Assembly: GCA_951406725.2 (NCBI GenBank)
Contig: OX597816.1
Location: 33,170,001-33,234,000, forward strand
Length of the DNA: 64,000 nt
Direction of reading: 5' to 3'
Origin: Octopus vulgaris
Lineage: Eukaryota
The position numbers and the translations under genes are program-made. Positions 14,361-28,120 of the stretch are shown here, piece by piece. Every line of letters begins with the position of its first letter. Within the stretch, counting starts at the first letter, position 1. A model generated the notes under the pieces. The model saw only the letters and a program-made list of their open reading frames with translations, did not search any database and had not been told where the DNA came from.

Positions 14361-14705
14361 ATAATCTATAGTCTATTTTAAAAGACGGTAAAGTGTGTTT
14401 TGTCTGCTATTTCTAGGATATTTGGTGATTGCCTAAAGGATAATTCATTGTATTCATTATTTATTTGCCATTTAATCATATTAGCGGAGTTTCAGATTAA
14501 GCACTCCACCCAAAAATTTTTGCTTAGGGATGGGAGGAAGGCATTCCTCTATTTCAATATAGGAATGCAAAAGAATCACATTCCTACAATTCTAAATACA
14601 AAAAAAAATAATTTACTCTTCCCTCACTTCTGAAAATTTATTTCGTGACATTTTTTGTGAAAATTTATTCCGGGTTTGTGTTTTAGTCGTTGTACATTAT
14701 ACTTC

Positions 14706-14706
<1 letters not shown>

Positions 14707-14762
<56 letters not shown>
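14707..14762. repeat. (AAT)n microsatellite
   Basis: Direct inspection. Confidence 0.95.
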
Positions 14763-14763
<1 letters not shown>

Positions 14764-14819
14764 TGTTTTCTTTTTTTCTTTTTAATTGTATTTATTGCCC
14801 TAAGAACCCAAAAAATGTC

Positions 14820-15240
14820 ATACTATTGGTAGAAATAGAAATAGAGAAAACAGAGAGAATGGGGTTGGAAGGGATTGACTGTAGCGATAGAGATAGAAAC
14901 TGACTGAGGTAGAGATACAGAGAGAAAGAGACAGAGTAGTGAAGAAGATAGAGAAACAGAAAGGTTTGAAAGGGAGAGGTAGGAAAGAGGAGTGGAAGCT
15001 GCAGAGAAACAGAATAGGAAAAGAGAGGCAGAAAGTGTAAAGAGAAACAGAAAGTGGAGGCAGAAGGTAGAGAGAGAGGGGGAGAGGAAAGAGAAGTGAA
15101 AGAAACAAAGAGAAAGTCTGGGGTGGAGAGAGAGATAGAGTAGTAGAAGCGATAAACAAAGATAGAGAAAGAGAGAGAGAGTAATGAAACAGGCAGAAAT
15201 TGTGGTGGTAGGGAGGACAAGAGTAAGGTTAGAAATTGAG
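14820..15240 (+). repeat. Polypurine (AG-rich) low-complexity tract
   Basis: About 420 bp strongly A/G-biased; produces the S/L/F-rich minus-strand ORFs. Confidence 0.85.
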
Positions 15241-15268
15241 AGCATTGCAATTTTTGTAGGAAATTTAA

Positions 15269-15489
15269 CCCTTTCGTTACTGTATTTATTTTGAGATGCT
15301 CTGTGTTTCTTTCAATTTATTTTAAATATAACAAAGAATTTAGTAAAAGAACTTAGTTATCATTAAGCTAGTATTTGGAACGTAAATTGTGACTAAGGTT
15401 TAGTGGAAGATTTTAATTCAAAACTTATGAAAACAAGACATTTGTACTCAGATCCAGAGCCGGTTTCAGCCGGGATGGTATCAAAAGGG
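15269..15489. mobile_element. piggyBac-like MITE
   Basis: ttaa|ccctttcgttac ... gtatcaaaaggg|ttca: CCC/GGG ends with a TTAA-like target. A homologous copy lies at 40462-40914. Confidence 0.7.
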
Positions 15490-17071
15490 TTCACCAGGAA
15501 ACCTCTATTTCGATTTGTTTTTAATCCTTTAGCATTGAAACCAACCGTATTGAGCTGAGATATCCAACCTATTTTATGTTCAAACTGGCCAGATTCAGCC
15601 TCTCACACCTGCTCTTTTAAAAGTAAACAATGATATTATAAGAATCTCAACACCACAAGATGATGCATGATAAATTCAAAACAATGCGAAAAAATAAGTA
15701 AACAGTTGATTTTATTTTCACTTTCATGTACAATCACATGTGATCTGAGTGCCTATCATGCGTGCAGACCTCATTTTCAACCAATGAGAGGGAAGTGTAT
15801 ATGTAATAATTCTAGAAAATTTCTGTACTGATGGCTTTATGAGAAACCAAATGTGTCCACAATATTCCGAAGAGATTTCGGACTTACCTCACTTCATTCT
15901 TAGATAAACTCTCCTCTCAAGCTGTTATCACAGCTACATACTCGAACCAGCTTAATTTTCCTAATAGTTATTTTTACAAATAATCAACAATTCAGGGATG
16001 ATGAAGAATCAACACCATACATTTTTGCAGCTATGTACAGATCAGTCTAATCATGAAGGCTTCAACTATTGTATATACAGCGTTCTAATAACTTGATGCT
16101 CTCTGTTTGTCATGAAGCAATGTACAATTGGAGTAATATCTGTATATAAACTGCCACCAAGTCTCGTCCGAACAACCAACTACATAAGTATTACATTTGA
16201 CAGAGCAATTACAAGGCTAAAGAAGGTAGCATGCCAGGTAAAATGCTTAGGGGCATTTCTTCAGTCCTTATGTTCGGATTTCAAATTCCACGGAAGTGGG
16301 TAAAATAAGTACCACTTGAACACTGAGGTCAATGTGATCTACTTACCTCATCCCACCCACAATTATTGACCTTATGCCAACACTTGAAACTAGTATGAGT
16401 GTTAAACTTTAAAAAAATTATATGTCAGAAATGCTGCTATTGAAGATTTTAGAACTGGATGTTGTTCTGCGCAGAAAAAAAGGACTCTTTCAGTATATAC
16501 CAATTCAAAGTTATGTGACATTGGAAGCTGCTATATTTGATAATGTCATACAAGTGAACAATGACTTTTATGGATGAGTGATCAAATTATGGGAAGCAGT
16601 CCTGACATGAATATATTCATGGGACAGTTAACCATTCAAAATATTTTATGGACTCTGTTGCTGTTTTTGTACCAACAGTGTGAAATATTTCTCGGTACGG
16701 ATAAAGAGTTGGCTTAAATGGAAATTTGTATATTTCATATATTTTATAGTTTTGCTAAATTATTCATATTTTTGGCTATCTGTCTCTCTATCACCCTTTC
16801 TCTCTCTCTCTCTCTCTCTCTCTCATCTTCACTCATGCCAAATCAAAGAAAGTCACTTGGCAAAAATTTAAATGCACACACACAGACGCACGCATATTGG
16901 TGAAAGATTATGATTTCCAATACATTCATTATTTGTCTAGTATTAAAAGATAAACTGAGAATAAAAAAAAGTATTTCCTCAGATTCTGAATCAGTGAAAT
17001 AAGGCAATTAACATTTTCTTTCAGTTATATTTTTATGAACTTTACTGTTGGCCATTATGTGTGTGTGTATG

Positions 17072-17123
<52 letters not shown>

Positions 17124-17327
17124 TATATATATATATATATATCTATATTTATATATATGTGTGTGTGTATATGTATATATATATAAAATATATGTATATA
17201 TATAAATATATGTATATGAATATTATGTATATATGTATGTATATGAATATGTAAATATGTGTTTGTGTTTTGTATATATATGTATGTGTATATATATATA
17301 TATATATGAGTGTGCATATATATGATT

Positions 17328-17368
<41 letters not shown>

Positions 17369-17972
17369 ACTGAGAAACAGAGAAGAAAGGGTGTGGATAT
17401 AAAAAAGAATTGGAAAATATATTTTTTTTAATCATAAAATATTCTGTTGAAAGCATTTTAAAAAGAAATTGGAAGATTCAAAGCAGAAAATATAACCATT
17501 AGTTGAATACCAAGTTTATTCTGCTCTTGTGGCCTCCCTATCCCCTTCTCGCTCACTTTGAGGGTGTGGAACAAGAAACATTCTTGCTATTTATGTTTCA
17601 TACCCAGCAGAACTTCTGATATAATAATTAGTCCAATGAGGATACGCTGTTGGCTCCCCATTAGATTAAAGATACCTTAATTATATGAAGGTTACATTGT
17701 CATTTGGGAATTTGAAGTTCCTAAACGAAGGAGTAATTTTAACCGTGAGCTACACAAATGTGTTAAGGCTGACAGGCAGCGTTGATGCTTCCAAGGGCTA
17801 AACAGCGGTAGCGTGATTCCCTTTATGGGACTGTCATGTTAAATTGACAGTATACTACTGCTTTATATATATATAAATATATATATGAATATATATTTAT
17901 ATATATATAAATATATAAGTATGCATATATATATAAATATATAAGTATACATATATATATATAAATATATAA

Positions 17973-18010
<38 letters not shown>

Positions 18011-18012
<2 letters not shown>

Positions 18013-18245
18013 TGTGATCATGTCACATAAATGCAAATGTAATGTACAAATTTGTAATTAATTTATTGAGTATTATTTGAAACGGCCGTAAGAAGTGAAT
18101 ACGACATATTTGTTAATAATAAATAGTTATAAAATTCCTTTTCTCCCTTTTTTATTCTTTCTAACTATATATATATATATATATGAATACATATATACTT
18201 CATATATATATATATACCCATACATATTATATTTATATACTCTCA

Positions 18246-18276
<31 letters not shown>

Positions 18277-18846
18277 ATACTTAATATATACATATATATT
18301 ATATGATCTTCAGCACCATTTAATATCCTCTTCTCTATGATTGCATGGGACACATGGAATTTATTGGGGCATATTTTCTATGGTTAAATGCTCTTCTGTC
18401 ACCACACCCTCACTTGTTTCCAAACAAGGTAATATTACTGCAATGCCATTCATGTTTACCACGGAAGATTTAAGAACATTTACATTCTTCAAAACATTGC
18501 AAAACAAGAGAACACACAAACACACATGTACACTTGTATATATGCTTCGTCACCAGGCATATATATGTGTATGCGTATATATGTGCATGTGTGTGTATAT
18601 ATGTAAGTGTATGTATATATATATATATACATGTAGATATATATATACAAATATATATATATGTATTTTGTATGTATGTCTATATATATATACATATAGA
18701 TATATATATATATTATGTGTATATATATATACATATAGATATATGTATATATTTAGTATATATATATATGTATGTATATATGTATATGCAAATGAGAGTA
18801 TATAAATATAATATGTATGTGTATATATATATATAAAGTATATATG

Positions 18847-18887
<41 letters not shown>

Positions 18888-19037
18888 AAAGAATAAAAAA
18901 GCGAGAAAAGGAATTTTACAACTATTTATTATTAACAAGTATGTCGTAATCACTTCTTACGGCCGTTTCAAATAATACTCAATAAATTAATTACAAATTT
19001 GTACATTACAATTGCATTTATGTGACATGATCACAAT
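18011..19037. repeat. 157-bp inverted repeat (18011-18167 / 18881-19037), Penelope pLTR-like
   Basis: Arms near-identical by eye; each contains gaaacggccgtaagaag, the 3' half of a minimal hammerhead with a palindromic GGCC loop. Confidence 0.85.
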
Positions 19038-19117
19038 GTAATCAGAGAAAAAGAATTTTATGTGAATTGGGATGTTATATGTGGACTTGCAAGAAGCGAA
19101 GGAGACAAATTTGTTAA

Positions 19118-19377
19118 TCTATATATCTAAATGAGAGTTTGTGTGTGTGTGCATGTCTGAGTGCGTGTGTGGGTGTTAGTGTGCGTGTGCGAGCGCGTAT
19201 GTTCCTGAAGTATCCGAACGTTGAGTTACCGATTTTGACATATCGTGTATCAGAAGATTCAGTAACCTTTCGACTACCAAATAAACTTTACTTACATTTA
19301 CATATTGTCTACGTTATCTTAACAACCGGCTTTAATTACTTGAAAGAATCTGCTCTGCAACGACCAGGTTTCATTAG
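19118..19377 (+). mobile_element. Possible non-autonomous Helitron-like element
   Basis: a|tctatatatctaaatgagag start, GT-rich microsatellite, accgattttgac motif, degenerate gcaacgaccaggt..ttag end; no clean CTAG|T terminus. Confidence 0.35.
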
Positions 19378-19761
19378 AAAGTTAAAATAGTTTGACGTTC
19401 AATTTGAACCAAATTGACAAAGTGTTGCATTACGAGTGTGACGATATATGAATAATGAAAGTAATGTTTCTCCGAATTAGTCACATCGCTGCTATAGTAA
19501 AGAAAGCTCCTCATCATTTATCTATATATATTATATAAAGGCTGCCAAATAAACTATGTTTTTGGCACAACAACTCTTGATTTACTACTAAAATAATCTC
19601 TGAAACGAGGTCGGGTCGCACAATTATGAGACCATTTTCGGGCAATATTTGGATTTGATTCTGTTTCATTTCCGTCCGATGTTTCACGCTTGCGTAGAAT
19701 TCTACTCAAACATTTGTGATAATGTACACATATATATTGTACTAGACTGATCCACAATCAA

Positions 19762-19906
19762 AATTATTTCTCTATATATAATAAGAAGAAATACAGTCAC
19801 TCTCACTCTCTCTGCCTCTCTCTCTCTCTCTGTCTCTCTGTCTCTCTCTCTATATATATATAATTATTTCTCTATATATAATAAAAAGAAATACAGTCAC
19901 TCTCAC

Positions 19907-19965
<59 letters not shown>
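19762..19965 (+). repeat. 100-bp tandem duplication ending in (CT)n
   Basis: aattatttctctatatataataa.aagaaatacagtcactctcactctc at 19762 and 19862. Confidence 0.85.
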
Positions 19966-19968
<3 letters not shown>

Positions 19969-20863
19969 AACCACACACACATATATACAAAAAATCTGTA
20001 CCAATATCTATTCATTACGTGTATATGAAATTTAATGTGTGTGTGTGTGAGAGAGAGAGAGAGTGAGAATGAGAGTCACAAATACATGCAAATATTACAT
20101 ACAGGACAACACATACTTTCACTCTCTTTTGCTGTGTGCAACCGGAAAATTACCGCTGAAATCCAATTGAAATGACCTTTCTCCTTTCTGTAATTTGTGA
20201 TTGTGATGAGCGTATTTAAAAAAAATGATCTTCGATATAAACCTGAAAGGAAGTTTTCCAAGAAATCCTGTCCTTTACCTGTTGTTTCTAGCATGTCCAA
20301 GGTGACATTTGCGACGTTCCACTTAATCTTTTCCTAAATTTCTACCCATTCCTATGTTGTCGATAAAGGAGATTAGGATTTCGCCCAAAAATCACATTGT
20401 CAATATTTTAATGTTTTCCCTCCCCCACTCCAATTTCTTCACGTTTTCTTTTTTCCAAACATTTTTCGTTGTAATCCACAGAGCAAAAATCAGAGAGTAT
20501 GAATCTTTAAAAATTTTCTTCATTTTTTTTTTAAAGAAACAGTAAGATCGCCTTCCCAAACACCCACCCATTACCTCACCACTTTCAAAAAGCTACAAAC
20601 TCTCAATGTTTCACTTTTATCTTTTTGGAAAGCGGGGAAGTTGCTTCAGAAATAATGTTGTTTACCTGATTTAGGTAGCATGTCGGATTTTCTTGTGGTC
20701 GTCTAGTATTTTTTACGTCATCTATTTCCATTCAATTCTACTCATAAGTAAAACATCAGACGAAGATGAAACATTGGAAGGTTTTATCTTTTTGAAAGCC
20801 GGTAGGTGAAGGGTGGGCGAGGTTGGAGAAGGGACATTGAGTGTTTCTAGAAGAAAGATTAAC

Positions 20864-20905
<42 letters not shown>

Positions 20906-21227
20906 CCCAGATTCGTAATCTCTCTATTTTCTACGGGGATAAAAACAAAAATTCAAAATCAGTTACAAGTTAAGAAATTATGATGGGGACGGGGTAAAAC
21001 TAAAATTTTGAAAAAATATGTCTTGGCAATACATAGCTTGTGACCCTTCTTAAGAATAGAAAGAATTTTCATGAAAGCCCATCACAATTGCACCCTCCGC
21101 CCTTCATTTTTAAACAAGAAATAATTTCCAATATGTCAGTAATCCAGTTCACTATATATCAGCTGTGCCGATTCTAACCATAAGTAAGGAACGAATAATA
21201 CTATTTGGCTGTAGGTCATACTCTCAC

Positions 21228-24070
21228 CTGGACTGCACCAGACACCGGTCTAATTTGGCATGCTTTCTATGGCTGGATACCCTTCCTAATGTCAACCACT
21301 CCGAGAGTGTAATGCGTACTTTTATGTGCCACCTGCACAGGTGCCAGTTGTGTGACACCGGTATCTGCAATGACTTCAAATTCACTTGGCTTGATGGGAC
21401 TTCTTCTGAAGCACGGCATATTGCCAATGATCTCGGCCATATATCAATGCCTCTGTGAGGCCCAACGCTTGAAAGGTGCTTCTTACATGCCACCTGCATG
21501 GGTGCCAGAAACACGGCACCAGCATTGACCACATTGCCTCCGTGAGGCCCAACTTTCAAATATCATTCTTCACTACCACGTCACATGTCTTTCTTGGTCT
21601 ACCTCTTCCTCAGGCCTCCTCCTTGTTAGAGATCAGCACTTCTTTACACAGCTACCATCATCTATATGCATCACATGACCATACCAGTGCTGTTGTCTCT
21701 CTTGTGCACCAATGCTTCTTATGCCGAACTTCGCTGTCAAACACTTACACTCATTTTAGTGTTTATTGTATCTGTGTACTTTCCACAAACATAACCTATT
21801 TTCCCAGATAACCTTGCTCTGATATTATTGCACCTCTCATGTCTCCATAGCTTGCTCAGGGTACATCTTATGAAATTTCTGTCTACACCTTTCCTACAGA
21901 TTGAGCAGGGCTATCTACCTAGGGGAATTGTTTTGTTTGTCTGCCTTTCTACTTACTAAGACTTTGGTTTTTGCTAGATTAACTCAAAGGCACTTCTATT
22001 CTCAACCTTGCTTCCACATCTGAAACTTTTCAGGTTCTGGTAGTGATTCAGCAATAAGAACAAGGTCATAGCATAGAGGTGCTCCAGGGGCAGCCTGTCC
22101 TTAAATTCCTCTGTTATTGCCTGGAGGACTATGATGAACAAGAGGAGGCTGAGGACTGATCCTTGGTGAACCTATACTTGTACCATCAATTCATTGCTTT
22201 ACTTTTTGTCAACCCTCTCCTTACTGACAGCATCCCTGTACATGTCTTGTACAGCTCTCACCAACCACACATTTATCCTTAGTCTCGACATTGACCACCA
22301 GATAAGAGATCGGGGATCCTGTCAAAGGCTTTCTTCGTGCCACCGAAGTCAAGTACAGAGGTTTGTCTCTAGTTAGGTACCTCACCTGAAGCTACTTTAC
22401 CAGAAATATAGCATTAGCGGTGTTTTTCCCTGGCACAAAACCAAACTGCATCTCATCTAGTCTAACCGTGTTCCTAATTAGTTGAGCTATGACCCTCTCA
22501 GTAACTTCCATCAGCTGACCCAACAATTTGATACCTCTGTAATTATTTCTATCTAAGGTTTCTCCTTCACCTTTGTAGCAGTTGACTATGATGTTGCAAC
22601 ACCAGTCATTATGTATGACTCCTTCATGTATAACCTGATTAACTATATGGGTGAATAGACCATAACCCACACCGCTAGATATTTTAAGTACCTCAGCTGT
22701 TATTCCCGAAATGGCCAGAGGCTTTTCCCATCTTCATTCTGCATGTTTTGTCTACAATGCAACTGTCTATTTGGATTGCTGGTCCCTTTCTCAGATCCCC
22801 ACTAGGTAAACTTTTTCTCTCCCATGAGCTCTCCACATTTAATTGCCTTTTGCAGGGTTACTAACCGCCAGTGACCCATCATCCTTGCAAACTTATTTCT
22901 CTCCTACTACATCACAGTTTTCTCTGACACACTGTCTTGGAAGCTGAAACACCTCAAACCTCTGGTCTTCCCGATGCAGAACATTGGCAAACTTTCTCCT
23001 CTCTGCTTCTCCCCTAGCTAAATAAACCTGTCTTCTCACCTCCCTCCTAGCTACCTGATATAGTTCCCTGCTATCACCACTCTTCCAGTCCTTCCAGGCC
23101 AACTTCTTTGCTCTAATGGCCTTGTCTTTAGCATCATTCCACCGCCACATCACCCAAGGTCTGGTTGGGACTTTGCATCAGCCACAGATTTGGTCTGTTG
23201 CACTCAGCAAGCTGCCCTACAAGAATTCCCAGTTGCCCTCGATATTACAAGTTTGTAGTTCCTCCTCCTTCTCTTCAAATTTCTCAATTATGATGTCACT
23301 AAATCTCTGATCCTTAAGCTTCCTGATCCTTCTTTTCCAAATAGTCTTCTAGGCAACTTTCTGGTTTGAAGTCTAAAGTCACTGATGACTAGTCTAAGCT
23401 TTGGGGTACATGCTCCACCAATGAAGGTCTTTGCATATATGAGCACTGTCTGGTGAGAATGAAATCAATCTGGCTGGCATGGTCACCCAATTGATAAGTA
23501 AGCAAATGACTGGCTAGTTTCCTGAAGTTGGTGTTGCAGAACATTAAATTATTTCTATCACAGATCTTCAGTAGCCTTGTTCTCTCATTGTTTTGGGAAC
23601 CAATTCCATCACATCCATGTACTCTATGGAAGGTACCTGGCTGCTGCTCAACATGTCCAATGAAATCACCAGCCACAAAAATGAGCTCCTTGTCATTTGT
23701 CTTTGAAGCAGCCTGCAGAAGGATAGCCTTCTGTTCATTCGGTAGACCTGTCTGAGGGGGCACAGGCAGAGATAATATCACTGTAATATTCTGCAAGACT
23801 AGCCTGAGCTAAAGTACTCTATCACACACTCTGGCTACCTCTATGACGTTATCAACCGATTTCTCAGTGAGAATTATGCCTGCACCTCTTACCCTATCAC
23901 TGTTATCTTCACAGAAGATTTTATACTTATGTGTCTTGTCCTTGAGGAATCTGGCTGAAGCTCCCCTACATTTGATTTGAATGTAGTACACATTCAAGCA
24001 TTACAACAATCTCACAAGACCGACCTTTCAATGTGCCTACATTGACAGTGCCAACTCTGAGAAACTGGAA
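21228..24070 (-). mobile_element. RTE-clade LINE, near full-length but decayed (APE endonuclease + RT + 3' UTR)
   Basis: Endonuclease motifs RVGTVNVGTLKGRS (~24040), FVAGDFIGHV and QIDFIL. RT motifs YKGEGETLDRNNYRGIKLL, QFGFVPGKNTANAIF, HQGSVLS, LYA and GRGRPRKT. Many stops and frameshifts. Confidence 0.92.
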
Positions 24071-24449
24071 AAAAATGTAGGAGGGAACTTGGGACGGAGG
24101 ATAGTATTACCTATTTGAAAAGAAGGTTTCAAAGAGTGTTTGGTAACAAGCATGACATATTGGTTGTCCCTGCTTAATCTACCATCATTCAGTCGTTTTA
24201 AAATTGTCATGCATTGTTATAAGCTTTAGTGTTAGAAGCATATCTGGGTCAATTATTAAATAAACAAATACACAGCTAATTGGTTATGTCATTATAAGTC
24301 TAGCGAAATAAGTTGGTGGTTTGCTAATTGACTAACTGTGTAAAACAGACTCTTTTGATGCAAGCAACAATGTGGATGAGACTATTAGTGGGGGAAGCTA
24401 TTAGGTGGTTATACAGGAATTTGGCATAAGAGACCAAAAGAAAATGTAC

Positions 24450-24642
24450 CATCATCATCATCATTATCATCGTTTAACATCCGCTTTCCATGCTACCATG
24501 GGTTGGACGATTTTGACTGAGGGCTGGTGAACCAGATGGCTGCACCAGGCTCTAATCTCGATTTGGCAGACTTTCTACAGCTGGATACCCTTCCTAACAC
24601 CAACCACTCCAAGAGTGTAGTAAGTGCTTTTTACGAGCCACT
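24450..24642 (-). mobile_element. RTE-tail short element (family C; same 3' end as the RTE UTR)
   Basis: (cat)n then ttaacatccgctttccatgctaccatgggttggac..cccttcctaac.ccaaccactc. Confidence 0.85.
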
Positions 24643-25016
24643 TTTAAAAAGGCACAAGTACTCGGATCAATTTGTTTAACTAAAACCCTCCAAGGCGATG
24701 CCCCAGCATGGCCTCAGTTGAATGACTGAAACAAGTAAAAAATAATAAAGATTAATGACAGATGTCAGAATGAAAGGAAAACAACTACTGAAACAGTAGT
24801 CAATAAATCCTAGGTTTTATTTCATAAAAAGGTTATTCATACCTTAAGTTTGCTAAAAATAATCATGTGAAAAGAGAAGTTTGTTTGAAATTCTATGCAT
24901 AGCATGATATTTACTTTTGAAGAATCCCCATATCCTTCCTATTACTTTCATATGTAATGTTACATCATTGCGATCTATGAAATTACAACTGCGTTTTATT
25001 GTGTAATGGTTGGCAG

Positions 25017-25118
25017 TTGATTTCCTCTCATTTTGTGGTTTGCCATTATATGTACATACAACAAAAGGTCATCGTGATGGTATCATGGAGCCTGAATGGC
25101 TTAAAATTCCTCATCGAG
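25017..25118 (+). CDS. Candidate host coding exon, unidentified
   Basis: cag|...gag|gtagga, 102 bp, phase 1-1, reading DFLSFCGLPLYVHTTKGHRDGIMEPEWLKIPHR in non-repetitive DNA. Weak pyrimidine tract; no family recognised. Confidence 0.3.
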
Positions 25119-26004
25119 GTAGGAAACAAAATTCAAATTGAGATAAGAGATAAGCTGTTCCTTTTTTTTTTTTTTTTTGTTTTTGATTCCAGCCACCAGT
25201 TTCGCAGTCTCACATGTAATATTCATCTGTGTGCTGAGAATTATACAGAACTGCAGTAATATTGTTGGAATATTCTATCAATAGATGTATGAAGTTATTT
25301 TCCCTTCTTATAATTGCTTTATATATATATATATTTCAAATGTGATTATTCGTATTTATTTAAATACACTTTGTTCTTAAAATGAATAGATAGCATTTTA
25401 AATTTACATATAATTAAAACAAATGAGGTTAAGTTTTAGAATGTAACCTATTGATTGATTTTTCTGTTGTTTGGTCTTTGTACTTGGCGCTTAAGTTTGA
25501 AGTTCTGTAAAGTTTAACTTATTTTGGAGATAAATGCTGAAGTTTTTTGGACAAGTATCAAATTCAATAAATGTTTTTCTTCTTTTTTATTGGTTCTGAA
25601 GTTATTTATATGTATTTTTTCCCTCTCTCTCTCTCCCCTCACTCTCTCATATTACTATACTACATTTTACTTAAATTCAGTCAAGCATGGAGACTCATTC
25701 ACTTCAATTAATGATACTCCTATGGAATAGTCTGTTTCCAGTGAAATAGCTGAAAAACAGTCCTGTCTGAGATAACTAGTTAATATAATTTTTTTTATAT
25801 TTTGTAGAGAAAGGATATTCTGCTGTTTTAAGCAGGCCCTATTCAAGTGTCGAACTTCTTTATAGAGCAGTAAACTGTTATTCAAGGGGGATTTGGTTGT
25901 AATCTCTAGCAGATGTTGTGGCCACTTACTCTCCTCCAGTTAGAAGCAACTCTGATTAAGCAAAACTATGATTAAATGCTTTTAAGCCATAACCATCTTT
26001 TATT

Positions 26005-26420
26005 TTTTTATTTTATTTTTTATTGTTTCAGTCATTAGACTGAGGTCATGATGGAGCAATGGCCTGGAGAGTTTATAGATGAACTTATCAACCCCAGTAC
26101 TTTTGTCTTTTAACCAAGTACTTGTTCTATCAGTCTCTCAGCTGAAACACTAAATTACAACAATGTGAACGAACCATCACTGGTTGTCAAGGGTGATGGA
26201 GACAAATACACACACACATACACACACACACACTTGCATGCCCACACATACGCACACACAGACACACATTTATACAATGAACATCTTTCAGTTTCCGTTA
26301 CCAAATCCACTCACAAGGCTTTGTAGAAGACACTTGCTCAAAGTGCCACACAGAGGAACTGAACCTGGAACAATGTGGTTCAAAAGCAAGCTTCTTACTA
26401 CACTGCCATCTCTATGCCTA
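26005..26420 (-). mobile_element. SINE family A
   Basis: Colinear with full family A copies. Confidence 0.8.
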
Positions 26421-26529
26421 TTTACCGTCCTGATCTTTTAAGTGTATCTCAGAATGCTTTGTAATCAACAAATGCATTCTTTTCTTTCTTCATACAAGGG
26501 CTTTTATTCCATAATGTAAATATGCGTAC

Positions 26530-27200
26530 GTGCGGTTGTGTGGTAAGAAGCCTGATTCTTGCCAATCTGGCAAATCAGTAAGAAGGTGGCAATCTGGCAG
26601 AAATGGTAGCACACCATGCAAAATGCTTAGTGGTATTTCATCTGCCGCTATGTTCTGAGTTCAAATTCCACCACGGTCGACTTTGCCTTTCATCCTTTTA
26701 GGGTCGATAAATTAAGTACCAGTTATGCACTGGGGTCGATGTAATCGACTTAATCCCTTTGTTTTATCCTTATTTTCCCCTCTATGTTTGGCCCCTTGTA
26801 GCAGTAAAGAAAATAAGAAGCCTACTTCCCAACCACATAATTCTGGGACCAGTTCCACAGTGTGGTACCTTAGGCAAATACCTTCTACTGCAGTCACAGG
26901 TCAACCAAAGTTTTATAAATGGATTCTGTTGATTGAAAACTGATAAAAAACAATTGCATATGTGTGTGTGTGTGTGTGTGTGTTTGGGTCTGTGTTTGCC
27001 TCCATCTCTCCACCACTTGACAACTGGTGTTGGTGTGTTTTATGTCCCTGTAAGTTAATGATCCAGTGAAAGAAGTTGATAGAGTAAGTACGAGGCTTAA
27101 AAAAAATTCCTGGGGTCAATTCATTCAGCTAAAAACTCTCCATAACAGTGCTCCAGCATGGCTGCAGTTCAATGACTGAAACAAGTAAAAGATAAAAGAA
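26530..27200 (+). mobile_element. SINE family A interrupted by SINE family B (~26585-26813)
   Basis: Family A head tgtgtggtaagaag, then a complete family B copy, then family A resumes with taagaag duplicated. Confidence 0.85.
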
Positions 27201-27664
27201 GGGTAAAAGATAAATGATTACTATAGCACTGTTTTATGTAGAAATGCATAGTAGGTAAGGTGTATGACTCACTATGATAAGGATTGTAGGTTTAATTCCT
27301 GAACCTAGAGGTATGTTGTGTCATTGAGCAAGGCACTTCATTTCCTATGATAATTCTCTCGGCTGAAAAGGACTGACATTAGCAATTGTGGATTAACTAG
27401 GTTAGAGACTGTTGTTTATCATACAATCACTCCCAGGAGATGTTCTGTACTCTTAGCTGTTTAAATACTTTATAAACCATAATAAACTCCAATTATAAAC
27501 CATATAAACCATAATAAACTGCTAATTGAGATGGTACAAGTTAGACTTCAAGTAACTGTCTATAATTAAAGTTACACATAAGTAAGTAAGTACATAGATG
27601 CAAAATAAGGTGGAGAAAATACTACTCAAATAGTGAAGGTAGAGTAAAATGCTTTTATGATCAC

Positions 27665-27706
27665 AACTGTCCAATGAATGATAACATGAAACTCTGAGTA
27701 ACCGTT
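27665..27706 (+). ncRNA. Degenerate minimal type I hammerhead ribozyme motif
   Basis: aactgt-CCAATGA-atg ataa cat-GAAA-ctctgag-TA-accgtt. Stems I-III are in the right order but the core is mutated from CUGANGA. Confidence 0.5.
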
Positions 27707-28120
27707 TTTGAAGATTTTTTCAGCTTTAGTAAAAGTATGATATAAGTTATATATATTCAACTATGGAAGTTTTTTAGTAATACTAGAAAACTTTTGCTAT
27801 AGATTGTTTAATTTTCTATGAGGAATGGAATATGTATCCAATAATAGTTCCCAATATAGGCACATATTTAAAGGAAGGATGAGTAGATTAAATTGAGCCC
27901 AGTACTTGATTGGTATTTTGTTTTGTTGGTCCCTGAAGAATGAAAGCAAATTTCACTTCAACAGGATTTGAAATCAGAACATAAAAATTTAGAAAAAAAT
28001 ACTGCAAGTTATATCTCATACTCTAATGCTCCAGCTGGTCTACAATATTAATTTAAATTGAACATTCATTGAGTAATTGACTTGGCCTTTCATCCATCCA
28101 GGGTCAATAAGATAAGTACC

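Noticed and set aside
14792-15250. Hydrophobic minus-strand ORFs
   Set aside because: They are a product of the polypurine tract; likewise the T-rich ORF at 51051-51557.
15884-20352. Minus-strand exon candidates at ~15888-15960 and ~20279-20351
   Set aside because: Donor sites look plausible, but all frames contain stops and no homology is recognised.
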